Below, piece after piece: positions 43,930 to 55,238 of a stretch of 64,000 bases of DNA. The stretch lies in assembly GCA_000004985.1 (NCBI GenBank), contig GG738904.1; one strand, 5' to 3'. Source of the DNA: Naegleria gruberi (Eukaryota). The notes beneath the pieces are model-generated. The model saw nothing but the letters and a program-made list of their open reading frames with translations. It was not told where the DNA came from and ran no database searches. Each line of letters starts with the position of its first letter. Position 1 is the first letter of the stretch. Made by a program: the position numbers and the translations under genes.

Positions 43930-44286
43930 TTTCTTTGTGTTCTACCAATGGCAGAATTTCAAATTAAAAAAGAAAATTACTATAACAGTAAAGTGAATAT
44001 TACCAATCCAAAACTGAAAGTTTTCCTTAGTTGGAATTCATCTACGCTATGATTATTTTCTTCAGATACATTTCATAACATTTTTATGGTCAATTCTGCC
44101 TTTGAGTACAACTTATATATATTAAGGGAATTTTCTCAGAAAATTAAATCCAATCAAAAATCCTTGTCAGAAGAAAAGTGAAGTCTTATCAACACAGTTT
44201 CAAATCAATATATCAAACGTGATAGCAATCTAAGCAAACAAAAGTATTTTTCCGAAACGTGATTTCATAAATTCTTCATAAAAAAA

Positions 44287-44877
44287 ATGTCGAACACTCT
44301 CACCATTACTGAACCTGTTGTCTATAATTCGAAACAATTGAATGTTTTGAGAGAAATAGTATTAAAATTGAAGAAGGAAGATCCCTCTCAAACAAATATT
44401 GATTTTGGAGACAAGGAACAAGTTTCGAAAATGTTGAAAAACTATTCGAAAGAATGCCACTGTCCTATCTGTTTAGAAGGAGTATTAGAGGAAGGAGGAA
44501 ATCGAATCCTTGCCTGTAAACACTTCATACACGACAATTGCCTTGATCAACTAACAGAAATTCATGGAAAAAACACAAAATGTCCAATTTGTGTTCAACC
44601 TGTATTTCCAAAAAAGGAGAATAACAAGAAACAAGAACAGAAACTAGGTACTGTCTTTTTTACATCATCTTTTTTCTTAATTACTGGCACATGTATTGCG
44701 TATATTGTAAACACACTCAACCAACCAAATTTGGTTACTGAAATTGTCAATTCGTCCACTAGTTCACAAATTGTTGAATCTTGTGCAAACCTATCTTTGG
44801 ATATTGACTATAAATCGTTTACCGATTGTATTAAGCTTGATGGTTTTTCTGGTAATTGCTATTCAACTTTTTTGTAA
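44287..44877 (+). CDS. RING-H2 finger protein with a C-terminal transmembrane anchor (putative membrane E3 ligase)
   Basis: CPICLEGVLEEGGNRILACKHFIHDNCLDQLTEIHGKNTKCPICVQ (C3H2C3), then FFTSSFFLITGTCIAYIV. Confidence 0.65.
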   Translation: MSNTLTITEPVVYNSKQLNVLREIVLKLKKEDPSQTNIDFGDKEQVSKMLKNYSKECHCPICLEGVLEEGGNRILACKHFIHDNCLDQLTEIHGKNTKCPICVQPVFPKKENNKKQEQKLGTVFFTSSFFLITGTCIAYIVNTLNQPNLVTEIVNSSTSSQIVESCANLSLDIDYKSFTDCIKLDGFSGNCYSTFL

Positions 44878-45098
44878 AGTTACAAATAAAGAAAACGAAA
44901 GAAATTAAAAAAAACAAAAAATAAACTTTTTAAAAAATTGTTAACAAAATTGCGAATTTTATACAAATTTATTTTAATACAAACAACTACAGACAAGTTA
45001 GTCACGTTTCGCACTAAGATCACGTTTGCGAAACGTGATTTCCAGTCACCAGTCAATAAATTAACTTGATTGCCTATTTATTTGGCAAGCAAAAAAAA

Positions 45099-46181
45099 AT
45101 GGCAAAAGTAAGGTACTACTACAATGACCAATTCGAATCAGATGATTTACTTTCTACAACCTTCTCTTGTCAAGAATCTCCATTCCTTAATCAAGTCAAC
45201 CCTCAATTCAGAGATAACATTAATGTTCAATTGGTATTTAACAAGAAAATAATGCCACCACTTGAAAACCAATCTCTTGCTCAAATTGAATTGGAAAAAA
45301 CTTTTGATGGCTGTCAAGATGTCACAATTATTTATACTGATCTATCAAGTGATGGAAAATTTTGTGGTTACATGAAAACGTATTTGGTTTCTGGTGATGA
45401 TGAAATATTTACAAGGAATTCATTGGTTAGAAACTTGTTGGATTTGGTCAACCAGTTCGATATTCCATACGAAACAGTCTTTGAGAATTTCAGAAACCTT
45501 ATTTCTCAACGTGTTTTACATGTCAATTCCAAAAGTTCTGGTTTTTCAAAGTATTTCAATGGTAATGAAAGAAGATATATTAATGGTTTAGGTATTTTTG
45601 GTGCTTTGAAGAAACTATTCGAAACGGACAATAAGCTTTCGAATAGTTTGAGTCATTATTATGAAAAGAAGAAATTAGTTGACCGACTTTACAAACACGG
45701 AATTTATCATTATTCTTCTTTTTGTAGACTCAGTCTTATTCCACTAATTGGATTTGAAGGAAAAGAAGGTGAGAGAATTAATGTTTCGTCTCTGATACAA
45801 GCAAGAGATATCTATTCGAAACATGAACAATTGTATTTATGTGCTGATGTCGATTCAGAACTAACTATGGGTTTTCATGACATGTTGATTTCAGAATTAG
45901 CTACACAAGTTTGTGATCAGGGAGGCGAAATTCCTGAAACTGGATGCAGAATTCCAGGTTTTTTGGAAGCTTTTGGAAGATTAGGCAAGTTTCTAATAGA
46001 AAGTTGGAAGATTGGAGTAGGACTTGTTTGTTGTTTGGTAATTCCAGAGTTAATTCCTTTGGCAGCAATAGTTGTTGGAGTTTTTTGTTATTATTCTGTT
46101 TCATCATTAAAAAGAAAAGAAGTGAGAATTCTTCTAGCAAAGAAAGTCAAATCAGACGAAACTGGATCAATTTGTTTTTAA
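45099..46181 (+). CDS. Hypothetical protein with a C-terminal transmembrane segment
   Basis: ORF taken from MAKVRYYYNDQF... The C-terminus is VGLVCCLVIPELIPLAAIVVGVFCYYSV. I recognise no domain. Confidence 0.4.
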   Translation: MAKVRYYYNDQFESDDLLSTTFSCQESPFLNQVNPQFRDNINVQLVFNKKIMPPLENQSLAQIELEKTFDGCQDVTIIYTDLSSDGKFCGYMKTYLVSGDDEIFTRNSLVRNLLDLVNQFDIPYETVFENFRNLISQRVLHVNSKSSGFSKYFNGNERRYINGLGIFGALKKLFETDNKLSNSLSHYYEKKKLVDRLYKHGIYHYSSFCRLSLIPLIGFEGKEGERINVSSLIQARDIYSKHEQLYLCADVDSELTMGFHDMLISELATQVCDQGGEIPETGCRIPGFLEAFGRLGKFLIESWKIGVGLVCCLVIPELIPLAAIVVGVFCYYSVSSLKRKEVRILLAKKVKSDETGSICF

Positions 46182-46822
46182 ACATCATGATTTAGAATAA
46201 ATGTTTCCTGCCAAGACTTTTACCAGAATTTCTATCTGGGCTACATTTCACCATCTAGTAATTAAATAGGTAGATGGTTCTGTTCAAGTAGTTTTTCAAT
46301 CATCATAAGATTTTCAAAATTCCAAACATTATCATCAGAAATATGGATAGGAGAGAACACTCTATGAGAAACTCTAGTTGAAGAATTGATTTGGAAATAG
46401 TCCACTATTTTTCAAACATTCGAATATATCTAATCCTGATTGGAGAGAATGAAACTCCAAATTGATGAAATTTATAAGAGAGGAAGATTTGGAATATTTT
46501 AGAAAGGAATCACTTGAATTATTGGAAGAAAATCAAGACGAAAGTGAAGAACCTGAGTAAGGAATATCAATTGAGGAGAATGTTAAGGGGATGATTCTTT
46601 CGAGTGTATCTACAATTATTTAAATGATGAGTAACCCATCTCATTGTATCAATCATTTTCATAATTAATAAATTAATAATTTAACTTAAACTCCGTAAGA
46701 TACTTTGTAATGTTTTTGAACACACAACTCCGTTCCGTTCCACTCGGCGATGGGGCTTTCCTTTTTCGTCTTCCGAAAAATCTAAACTCAATTATCTATA
46801 AATATCATCCTCATTCATCACT

Positions 46823-48010
46823 ATGACAAGATATTATCAAAAAAAAATGCAACAATCTATTCGTTTCGTATTGTGTTTCCTCTTAATTGCCACAACTTTC
46901 GTCTGTGGTCAATTCTCAGCTTTGGACAAGCCAGTTCATGAATTATCCTTGATTCAAAAGATTAATTCTGATTCCTCTATCAGATGGAAAGCAACCACTT
47001 ACAAGAAGTTTGAAGGAATGACCCTTCGTGAAGCTAGAAAGTATTTGGGAACTGTCATTATTTCACCAATCAATAATTTGCCAAAGAAAAAGATGCCAAA
47101 GAATTTGAAAGCTGCTTCTCATTTCGATGCTAGAGAAAAGTGGGAGGATTGTATTCATGAAATTCGTAATCAAGAAGTATGTTTTTTACAAATTTTACAA
47201 ATCAAATTTTACAAATAATTCAAAAAAAAGGAATGTGGTTCATGTTGGGCTTGTAAGTAATTTTTGTGTGAAATTTTGTGTGTGATATATATATCATGAT
47301 AGTCTCTGCATCTGAAGCCTTCTCTGATAGATTGTGTATTGCCACCAATGGAAGTGTCAATATTGTCTTGTCTCCTCAATATATGGTCTCTTGTGATGCA
47401 ACTGATTATGGTTGTGATGGTGGTTACTTGAATAATGCTTGGAATTTCTTGGCAAATACTGGTATTCCATCTGATGAATGTGTTCCATATCAATCTGGTA
47501 GTGGTCATGTCCCATCATGCTCCAAGCTTAATAAGAAGTGTCAAGATGGATCTGACATTAAATTGTACAAGGTCAGCAAAAAGTCAATTGCCAATTTGGA
47601 CAGTATTGAAGATATCCAAAAGGATATTCAAGAGAATGGATCAATACAATCAGGCTTCTCCGTATACAAGGACTTCTTCTCCTATAAGTCAGGTGTCTAT
47701 CATCATGTCACCGGTTCTTTGGCAGGTGGACATGCCATTAAGGTAATTGGTAAGTAATTTTTGAAAAAAATTAGCACTTTTTAACACTTTTCAGGATGGG
47801 GAACTACAAGTGATGGTCATGATACTCCATATTGGATTGTTGCTAACTCATGGGGAAATTCTTGGGGATTGGTAAGTTTTCAAAAAAAAAAATTTTTTTT
47901 TTTTTTTAACACATTTCCTATTATAGAAAGGATACTTCTGGATCTTGAAGGGTTCTGATGAATGTGGTATTGAATCCAATGCTTGGTCTGGTTTGCCTGA
48001 TTTGCAATAA
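46823..48010 (+). CDS. Cathepsin B-like papain-family cysteine protease, 5 exons: 46823-47176, 47231-47252, 47303-47749, 47795-47871, 47927-48010
   Basis: A signal peptide is followed by ...IRNQE|ECGSCWA|FSASEAFSDRLCIATNGSVNIVLSPQYMVSC..GCDGGYLNNAW (occluding-loop region), ...GGHAIKVIG|WGTTSDGHDTPYWIVANSWGNSWGL|KGYFWILKGSDECGIE. All introns are GTA(A/T)GT..AG and the phases are consistent. Confidence 0.8.
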
Positions 48011-48041
48011 TCAAATGGCCAAGACCTAAAAAATTTGTAAA

Positions 48042-49589
48042 TTACAAATCCAATGACTTTCTGAGAGCAATAAATTCTTCTCTAAAGCATTCAGCATACA
48101 TGTGAATATCTTGAATGATTCCCTTATCGCAAACTATTGATAAACCAACTCGATCGTTAAATGTCATGAGTGTGCAATTGACAGCTACTGCAGATACTAA
48201 TGGAATGAAACCAGCTCCCTGTACAATGTTTCTTCCCAACATGGTATATTTCAACTTGTCGTCTGCTTCAAAACCTTGAACGTTGGAACAGGTGAAGGTT
48301 GTTGAGGCAGCTCCCCAATTCATCAATGAAACTGCCATCTTCTTTGGAAGAAGTGCAGTTCCCAACCACAACAAGTATCTGTTAAAATAGGGCTGTGGAA
48401 GGAACTTGGCAAAATTCATGTTATTCCTCACAGTTTCAAATCTCTTCTGTGGCTCTTCAATGAGTTGAATATTGAGTGGAATGCTACCGAAAATAACGCC
48501 AACAATATTGCCACTCTGTGACTTGCTCTCAGTAGATCTGATATTCACTCCCATTCCCATTCGAGCATTTGTTGTGCTCAATAGTTTTTCCCTCTCTTGC
48601 ATGTTGGATGATTCTTTGGCACTGAGTTTCAATCTGTAACGATCGGAAGCTCCACTCAGCAAGCTCAAGAATAGGTCATTCAATTTTCCATCTAACTTTT
48701 TGGCCACCTTTTTAAATTCTGGCACTGTAAAGTACTTGTCTGTTTCATTTCTCAAATCATTCTCATCATCTCTCAATTGCTCTGTATCATTGAACCAAAT
48801 GAATGAACAAGTGACTTGACCACATTTTGGATGTTTCTTGGAAGCTCTAAACATGGTATCTGGCTCTCCCTTAACGCCAATTCCCAAAATCAAAAAGAAT
48901 GTTGCAACAAAGGCCAAAATCTTCAAAAAGAATCCAATGCAATAGCTCACCAAAGAACCCAACAATGGAATCCTGTTCAATTTTCCTGTCAAATTATTAA
49001 TAATGGTCAATGCTGAATTCCAATTGCTGTGACTACCTTTCATAATCTTGTCAAATTTACTCTGAACATATTCACTTGCCTCCTTCTCATTATCCAACAG
49101 GTCAGTTCCAACAATTTTCTGCAACAAGGTTCCATCTCCAATCCAATGATGAATTCTAAAGAATAGAATCAATCCTCTCGAATAATTTTCAATAACAATA
49201 CATTCCCATAATGGAATAACTCCCTTCACTTGTGAATTTTCCACAGGTTTGAAGGGAGAAAACAATCTTGAACCAATCAATTCACTCAAAATCTCATCCT
49301 CACTCTTTTCCTTGCTCAAATTCAACATTTCATACTTGACATGATTCTCCAAACATACTTCATCAACTCCAATATCAATATACTCTGATTCACTCACTAG
49401 AATACTTCTGAATCGAACATATCTTTGTAAAAGTCTTTCCTTTAATCGTTCTTCAAATGCTTTCCTATCAATCCGATGAATTTTCTCCTCAATATTGTTG
49501 TTGTTGTCATCTTTGGCTGATAATAAAACCAATCCTCCTACAACACATGGTGTTGTCTCGGATTCTTGCATGACCATCAATTGGGACAT
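48042..49589 (-). CDS. Wax ester synthase / diacylglycerol O-acyltransferase (WS/DGAT)-like protein
   Basis: Active-site motif HHWIGDG (compare HHxxxDG of WS/DGAT). It has N-terminal condensation-like and C-terminal DUF1298-like regions. ORF of 515 aa. Confidence 0.55.
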   Translation of the reverse strand: MSQLMVMQESETTPCVVGGLVLLSAKDDNNNNIEEKIHRIDRKAFEERLKERLLQRYVRFRSILVSESEYIDIGVDEVCLENHVKYEMLNLSKEKSEDEILSELIGSRLFSPFKPVENSQVKGVIPLWECIVIENYSRGLILFFRIHHWIGDGTLLQKIVGTDLLDNEKEASEYVQSKFDKIMKGSHSNWNSALTIINNLTGKLNRIPLLGSLVSYCIGFFLKILAFVATFFLILGIGVKGEPDTMFRASKKHPKCGQVTCSFIWFNDTEQLRDDENDLRNETDKYFTVPEFKKVAKKLDGKLNDLFLSLLSGASDRYRLKLSAKESSNMQEREKLLSTTNARMGMGVNIRSTESKSQSGNIVGVIFGSIPLNIQLIEEPQKRFETVRNNMNFAKFLPQPYFNRYLLWLGTALLPKKMAVSLMNWGAASTTFTCSNVQGFEADDKLKYTMLGRNIVQGAGFIPLVSAVAVNCTLMTFNDRVGLSIVCDKGIIQDIHMYAECFREEFIALRKSLDL

Positions 49590-49772
49590 TCTTTATCATT
49601 CCGAAAAATATCATATTTGTAAAAACATTTAATAATTAATAATCATCATCATCTTCTTGATACAAACCTCGTAAGTTTTCTTCTTGGTAAAACTTGGAAC
49701 GAGGTAGGGACATGAAATTTTGACATTTTTTTATTCTTTCCTTTTGTAAATGTTTGTGTTGAAATTTACTTG

Positions 49773-51695
49773 TTACATGGTTAAACATTTGGATGTTAGA
49801 CTTGATTTTTCCGGTAAACGAAAGAGAAATCTTGTTATTCCTGTATAGTGTGTTCTATCTGGTTGGATGTAATTTCTAAATTTTTTGAAAGAGTTAAAGG
49901 CCACAACATTATACGGAGCTTTGTTTTCTATCAGTAAGGTTGCATAATTTCCTGGATCCATAACTAGAACGCAATAGATATAGTCTCCATTACATATAAA
50001 GTATCTTAATTCCATGCAATCTCTCTTAAAGGTAGAAAGGATTATCTCAGATAGTTCATCACGAGTTGGTTGCAAGAAATGTAAAGGAGTTAGAGCAAGG
50101 ACAATTTGAGGTGGAAGTATAATGAGGGCCTGTTTGAGTATTTCAAGGTTTGCAAAACAATTTACAGGAGAACCTGTTAATTTGATTGTCATAGGATAGC
50201 TAACATTGAATACTTTCAAATTGATCATCCTTTCAATTGTAAAAGTATTAATCATTTCCGCATCAGCCATATAAATATTTAGATATTCCAATGAAGACAT
50301 ATTCTCCAAGTATTGTAACTCTTCTGCTTTGTACACAAAGCTATCAAGATGAAGAGCGGTCAAATTCAAATCTTGTAATGTTGACAAGTAAAATTGTTGT
50401 ACTAAATGCCTTGTGTTTTTAAGAATAAGCTCTGTCAAACGAGTTCTCTTTGGGCACTTAATTGAAGGTCCGCTGAACTCGCAACTAATAAAGTGTACCA
50501 TTTCCAATGTCTCCGACATTTCAATTATTGCCTCTGCTGACGGTACTGTGCATTCTTTAAGGATTACAACTTCTAGATTCTTCAAGCATTGATTGGTAAC
50601 TATTTTAGCATTCGAAAGTTCAAGTCTTCTCAAATGGGCAAACCTCGAAGGATACATTGTAAAGACATTGTTACGAAATTTTGTTGAAGGATTGAAAATG
50701 ATACTTTTAGAATCTACTGGGAAAATGTTTTCGTTTGCTGTTAGGGCTGCATGATCAACCCTAAAAGAAAGCACCTTATGTAGAGACAATACTTCATCGC
50801 CAGAATTGTGCATTTCAACTATTGATATGTGCATTTCCCTACAAAATTTTGAAACATCATTGAACTTGTTTAAGAATGAAATAGAAGGTACATTGAAGAA
50901 GTGGAAAGAAATCCTTCCCTTTCCTTGCAGAAAGCATGATGTGAAGAGTTCCAATAAGGCACTATTATCTGTAAATACCTCACAATTGAGAGCTATTGAA
51001 ATATTTCTCAAAGGTCGAATAAATTTACAATACTTTTCCACGTGTTCCTTGCTATACAAATACAGTGTTGTTTCAAATGTTTCCATCGATTGCATTGTTA
51101 CACACGAGTCGAGTACAACATTTGCATCCACAGATTTACCAATAAAAAGCCGTAACACTTTCAACTTTTTGAAACGATGCAAACCAGAGCACAAATACTT
51201 GGCAAATTCAGAATCCAACAAGACACTAATAGAAAGCTCACTCAGCCACTCTCCACAAGCAGAAGCAATACTATCAAACAAAGAAGGTTGAGCCTTGTTG
51301 AAGACAATTTCAACTCCCTTGAGTGTTTCCTGATGTTCTCCAATGAATGTAACCAATTCTAATAGTCTAGACTCATCAATAGGTTCGTTTGTGAGCCTGT
51401 CCGAATCACTTGCTTCAATATACTTGACAGCACTATAATACGACTTGATTCTATCCAACCTTTCATAGTTGGTAAAGGAAAACTTCCATAACAATCTACT
51501 ATAATGATAGGGTTTGTGTGCAAGTTGATGGAATTGTTGTGAACACGTAGAGAGTGTATCTAGGACAAAGAATCGATCTAGAAATTCGAAAATATTCAGA
51601 ATGACATCTTCATTGAGTTGTTGTATGAATGTTGTTGGTTTTTCCGCTTCTTGAAGAGTTTCATCGTCTAGCTGAGGATCTGTTTCTATTATCAT
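49773..51695 (-). CDS. F-box / leucine-rich-repeat protein
   Basis: N-terminal F-box-like segment VILNIFEFLDRFFVLDTLSTCSQQFHQLA, followed by many irregular LxxLxL repeats. 640 aa. Confidence 0.5.
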   Translation of the reverse strand: MIIETDPQLDDETLQEAEKPTTFIQQLNEDVILNIFEFLDRFFVLDTLSTCSQQFHQLAHKPYHYSRLLWKFSFTNYERLDRIKSYYSAVKYIEASDSDRLTNEPIDESRLLELVTFIGEHQETLKGVEIVFNKAQPSLFDSIASACGEWLSELSISVLLDSEFAKYLCSGLHRFKKLKVLRLFIGKSVDANVVLDSCVTMQSMETFETTLYLYSKEHVEKYCKFIRPLRNISIALNCEVFTDNSALLELFTSCFLQGKGRISFHFFNVPSISFLNKFNDVSKFCREMHISIVEMHNSGDEVLSLHKVLSFRVDHAALTANENIFPVDSKSIIFNPSTKFRNNVFTMYPSRFAHLRRLELSNAKIVTNQCLKNLEVVILKECTVPSAEAIIEMSETLEMVHFISCEFSGPSIKCPKRTRLTELILKNTRHLVQQFYLSTLQDLNLTALHLDSFVYKAEELQYLENMSSLEYLNIYMADAEMINTFTIERMINLKVFNVSYPMTIKLTGSPVNCFANLEILKQALIILPPQIVLALTPLHFLQPTRDELSEIILSTFKRDCMELRYFICNGDYIYCVLVMDPGNYATLLIENKAPYNVVAFNSFKKFRNYIQPDRTHYTGITRFLFRLPEKSSLTSKCLTM

Positions 51696-52190
51696 GATGA
51701 CGCTAATTTTTTGTTATTGTCCTTTTGTTGGAAGGATGAACAAGATAGAACAAGATTATTGGGTGTTGTTGATGTTTTTAATCCAACACTTCAGGACGTT
51801 CAACAGAATGTGATGATGAAATCACTCATAGTAATGACGTGGTTTTTTTAAAAAAAAAAATAAAAAGAATAAAAATATTTTTGATGCACAAAACTTGTAT
51901 TTTCTAAAGAACAACACATCACACTAGTATTTCCATCACAATAATTATCAGGATATAACACGATGAATATCAAGGCTATTTTTCAACACTAGTTACACTA
52001 ACCAAGGAAAATTGGACTACTTTGATTATTATTAATATCATGAAATTATTGATGATGACGATTAATTCTAATTCCTTACAGCACACATTTGATCATCACA
52101 TCATCATACATTTCCATCCTACATTGTGAGTACTCTTATATAGTAAAATAATATAACAATAATAACAACAAGTTCTCTGGCCTCCATTTC

Positions 52191-54920
52191 ATGTTTTCAT
52201 CACTGAAAGAGTTCGAAAGTTCTCCTTTCTTCTCCTTTCCCTGCAACAGCCGTTTGAATTTCATCAAAATGATCTACTCTCTGCAAACTCATGTCAAAGT
52301 GTCAGAACCCAACAGAAAAAAATACATCAACATCATGACATTTTCATCATCTCCACAACAGCAGCTGATAAGAACACTTACAACAACAATATTCATACTA
52401 TTATTCATCACATCTTTCATCCATGCCAATGTCTATGACTTTTTACATAATGCCACTATCAAGACACAATCAACAATAACAAATTATAATTCCCTGAATG
52501 CGACTATTGTAAATATACCGATTGCTTATCAAGTTTATGTAAACAAATTGGCAAAACTTCAAACAGGATCATCAACATTTGAAGATGTCTCTGATTTTAT
52601 TGGTAGTTCATTGGATTTTCTGACATCTTCAACGAATCCTAGATGTGTCATTTCACAAGATTATGACACCTTTCCAAGTATTAACAAGTATAAGGAAACG
52701 TATAATACTATTGTGAAAAGCATGTCAAATGCCTCGGATGTTTGTAATAATCCTACTGTGATTAATACGGGATCGATACCTATTGAAACGGCTCACTATT
52801 CGTATATTATTAATCAAGTTTCTCCTAGTGTGGTTATTTCTACATTAGATTCGTATGAAAAATGGTTGAATATTTTGAGAAATTCTATGGTTTCGAAGAA
52901 TACGAGACTTTCACTTTGGAATGCAACATTTAGTGATGCATTCAAGACACAACCAGTGCATAATGCACCATTTTCTTTTGATTTTGTTCCTTATTCAAAT
53001 TGGAGTAAACTCTACACAGATAGTACAATGAGAAAGGAGCTGATATCATATCTTCAGGAGGATATAGTGACGGATATGGCCTTGTTTAAGTTATTCTATT
53101 CTACACATTTGAAAAATAATGGAACTGGACTTGCTTATTCACCAATTAGTAGTAAGAGTGTAAATTGTGGCTCAATATTTACCAATTCTACACTCAGATA
53201 TCAATATCATGCAGCCATTATGAGGATTAATGCTCGATTGGCCTATTTTCTTACCAAAGCACCAACTGGATCGAGTAGAAATGTTTCTACAGTATTTAAC
53301 TTGGCACTATTCAATGCCAAAACATATTTTGATGATTCAGTTGTTTCCATTGATTATAGTTTCAATTTTGAAGCAACTAGAAGAATGTTATTCAATGGAA
53401 TATTTGATGACTTTCTTTCTCTATTCATCAAAAATCCTTCCAGCAAATATTTGACATTTACCTCATCTGATTTGCAAGATGTCTATGCTTACTTTGTTCA
53501 TCCAGCATGTTTCACTTACTATTATACCTACAGCCAATTGTATCTCAGCACAACAGACTCTACTTCACCAATAATAGCCAATGATGCCATTTACATTACA
53601 ATTGCGAGTGTTGGATTTTTAATTTTCATGACTAATTTATTTGCCTACTTTTTAGGATTTAAAATCATGACCAAGAAGAGACTCTTCTTACCATTGTCTG
53701 CTCCTCCATTCCTATTTACATTGTGCATTTTCTTTGTGTATGGAGTCAAGTCGAATATTCCAACTGAATCTTATTGGGTTCAAATGGCTTTGGCATTCTT
53801 CCCTGCTCCATTATTTATTGCCTCATATTTAGTTTCAGTTTCCAGATTTACCTATTTGAAGAATATTGAAAAGTGCACCAAGTATTGTTGCAAATCTTTG
53901 AGATTTCACAGATGCATGACCTCTAGAGGAATTTCCATATTTGCTGCATTATTTTTGACTATATTCCTCTTCATTGTTTGTGGCATTCCAATCCTGATTG
54001 TTTTAGTTGCTCTTGTCTTTTCATTTGTCAATTTCCCAACTGAAATTGTTATTTTAATGATTGCTATCCAGACAATTTTATTGCTTTTCATAGCAACTTT
54101 ATTCTTTATATTTGATTTGGCCTCCTCTGGTATCAATACAATCAAAAAGAAGGGTCTCTCCTATTATTTGGCTTTTGACGATCCATTCATGTATAGAACA
54201 GATCTCTTCTTGATGTTTATCATGTTTCTCTCGGCCATTCCTTTCATAACAGGTGCCATTCAGGATTCTTTCGATTTCTTTGTTTTGAGAAAGATTGCCT
54301 CCATCATTTATTTCCTTTGTTTCTATCTAGTTTTGGGAGGAAGTGTTTCTTTGAAATTCTGGTTTGATACCCTTTCAAAACTTGTAAGAAAGAAAACAGA
54401 TATTACTCATGACTTGCAAAAGTACATGAATGTGGAATCATTCAGAGAAATGTTCAAATCATATTGTGAAAATGAATTTTCAAGTGAAAATTATCTTTTA
54501 TATGAGGAATTGGAAAAATTACAACAGAAAGGAAAAGTCTATGAGGATGATCTTGTCAGAATTAATACATTGTACTTGGCCAATCGTGCTCAATATGAAG
54601 TCAATTTGCCATCTGTCACCAAGAGAAAGTTTAGAGAGTTATTGGAAGATTTTGACATTACTGCTTTTGAAGGAGGAAGTATTGAATCAGATTCTTCCAT
54701 TCCACTCTCAGATACATCAGGTTCCTCCTCTCAAGCACTAGTTTCCAGTCAACCAAAAAAGAAGAAATGCATCACTGTTCAACAATTGAAAGATGTTTTA
54801 GCATTTGAAGTTGTCAAAAACATGGTCGACACTTACAGTAGATTGGAATTGACTTCTGAATTTAACAAATGGAAAGAATTGAATGATTTTAAAGCAGAAC
54901 AAATGGGAGTCGATGTTTAA
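52191..54920 (+). CDS. Multi-pass membrane protein (about 7-8 TM) with a large extracellular N-terminal domain and a C-terminal RGS domain (7TM-RGS type). The likely true start is the Met at 52335, just before the signal peptide.
   Basis: Signal peptide MTFSSSPQQQLIRTLTTTIFILLFITSFIHA. Transmembrane cluster from about aa 470 to 730. RGS domain: FREMFKSYCENEFSSENYLLYEELEKL...LVRINTLYLANRAQYEVNLPSVTKRKFRELLE. Confidence 0.65.
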   Translation: MFSSLKEFESSPFFSFPCNSRLNFIKMIYSLQTHVKVSEPNRKKYINIMTFSSSPQQQLIRTLTTTIFILLFITSFIHANVYDFLHNATIKTQSTITNYNSLNATIVNIPIAYQVYVNKLAKLQTGSSTFEDVSDFIGSSLDFLTSSTNPRCVISQDYDTFPSINKYKETYNTIVKSMSNASDVCNNPTVINTGSIPIETAHYSYIINQVSPSVVISTLDSYEKWLNILRNSMVSKNTRLSLWNATFSDAFKTQPVHNAPFSFDFVPYSNWSKLYTDSTMRKELISYLQEDIVTDMALFKLFYSTHLKNNGTGLAYSPISSKSVNCGSIFTNSTLRYQYHAAIMRINARLAYFLTKAPTGSSRNVSTVFNLALFNAKTYFDDSVVSIDYSFNFEATRRMLFNGIFDDFLSLFIKNPSSKYLTFTSSDLQDVYAYFVHPACFTYYYTYSQLYLSTTDSTSPIIANDAIYITIASVGFLIFMTNLFAYFLGFKIMTKKRLFLPLSAPPFLFTLCIFFVYGVKSNIPTESYWVQMALAFFPAPLFIASYLVSVSRFTYLKNIEKCTKYCCKSLRFHRCMTSRGISIFAALFLTIFLFIVCGIPILIVLVALVFSFVNFPTEIVILMIAIQTILLLFIATLFFIFDLASSGINTIKKKGLSYYLAFDDPFMYRTDLFLMFIMFLSAIPFITGAIQDSFDFFVLRKIASIIYFLCFYLVLGGSVSLKFWFDTLSKLVRKKTDITHDLQKYMNVESFREMFKSYCENEFSSENYLLYEELEKLQQKGKVYEDDLVRINTLYLANRAQYEVNLPSVTKRKFRELLEDFDITAFEGGSIESDSSIPLSDTSGSSSQALVSSQPKKKKCITVQQLKDVLAFEVVKNMVDTYSRLELTSEFNKWKELNDFKAEQMGVDV

Positions 54921-55238
54921 TCCTCAATCTTTCAATAAAAAGTTTGACAAATTTCAAAATATTTAAATATTTGAATAAGTTCATAGATTCGAATTTCGGC
55001 AACATCATCTCGTACACAAAATCTCTCACTATTGCAAAGCACGATCGCTCAAAAAACCAAATAACCACAGCGCCAAAGCATCCTTATTTGGAAAAACTAA
55101 TATCCGTCATCGCACGCTCACCATTTCGGGGAATATATTACAGAGAAAGAATCGACCAACAAATAATTGAAATAAATTCCTCACCTTCTCCAAGGAGAAA
55201 TTCCCAACAATTTGAAAAAAAACAAAGAAAACATCGTC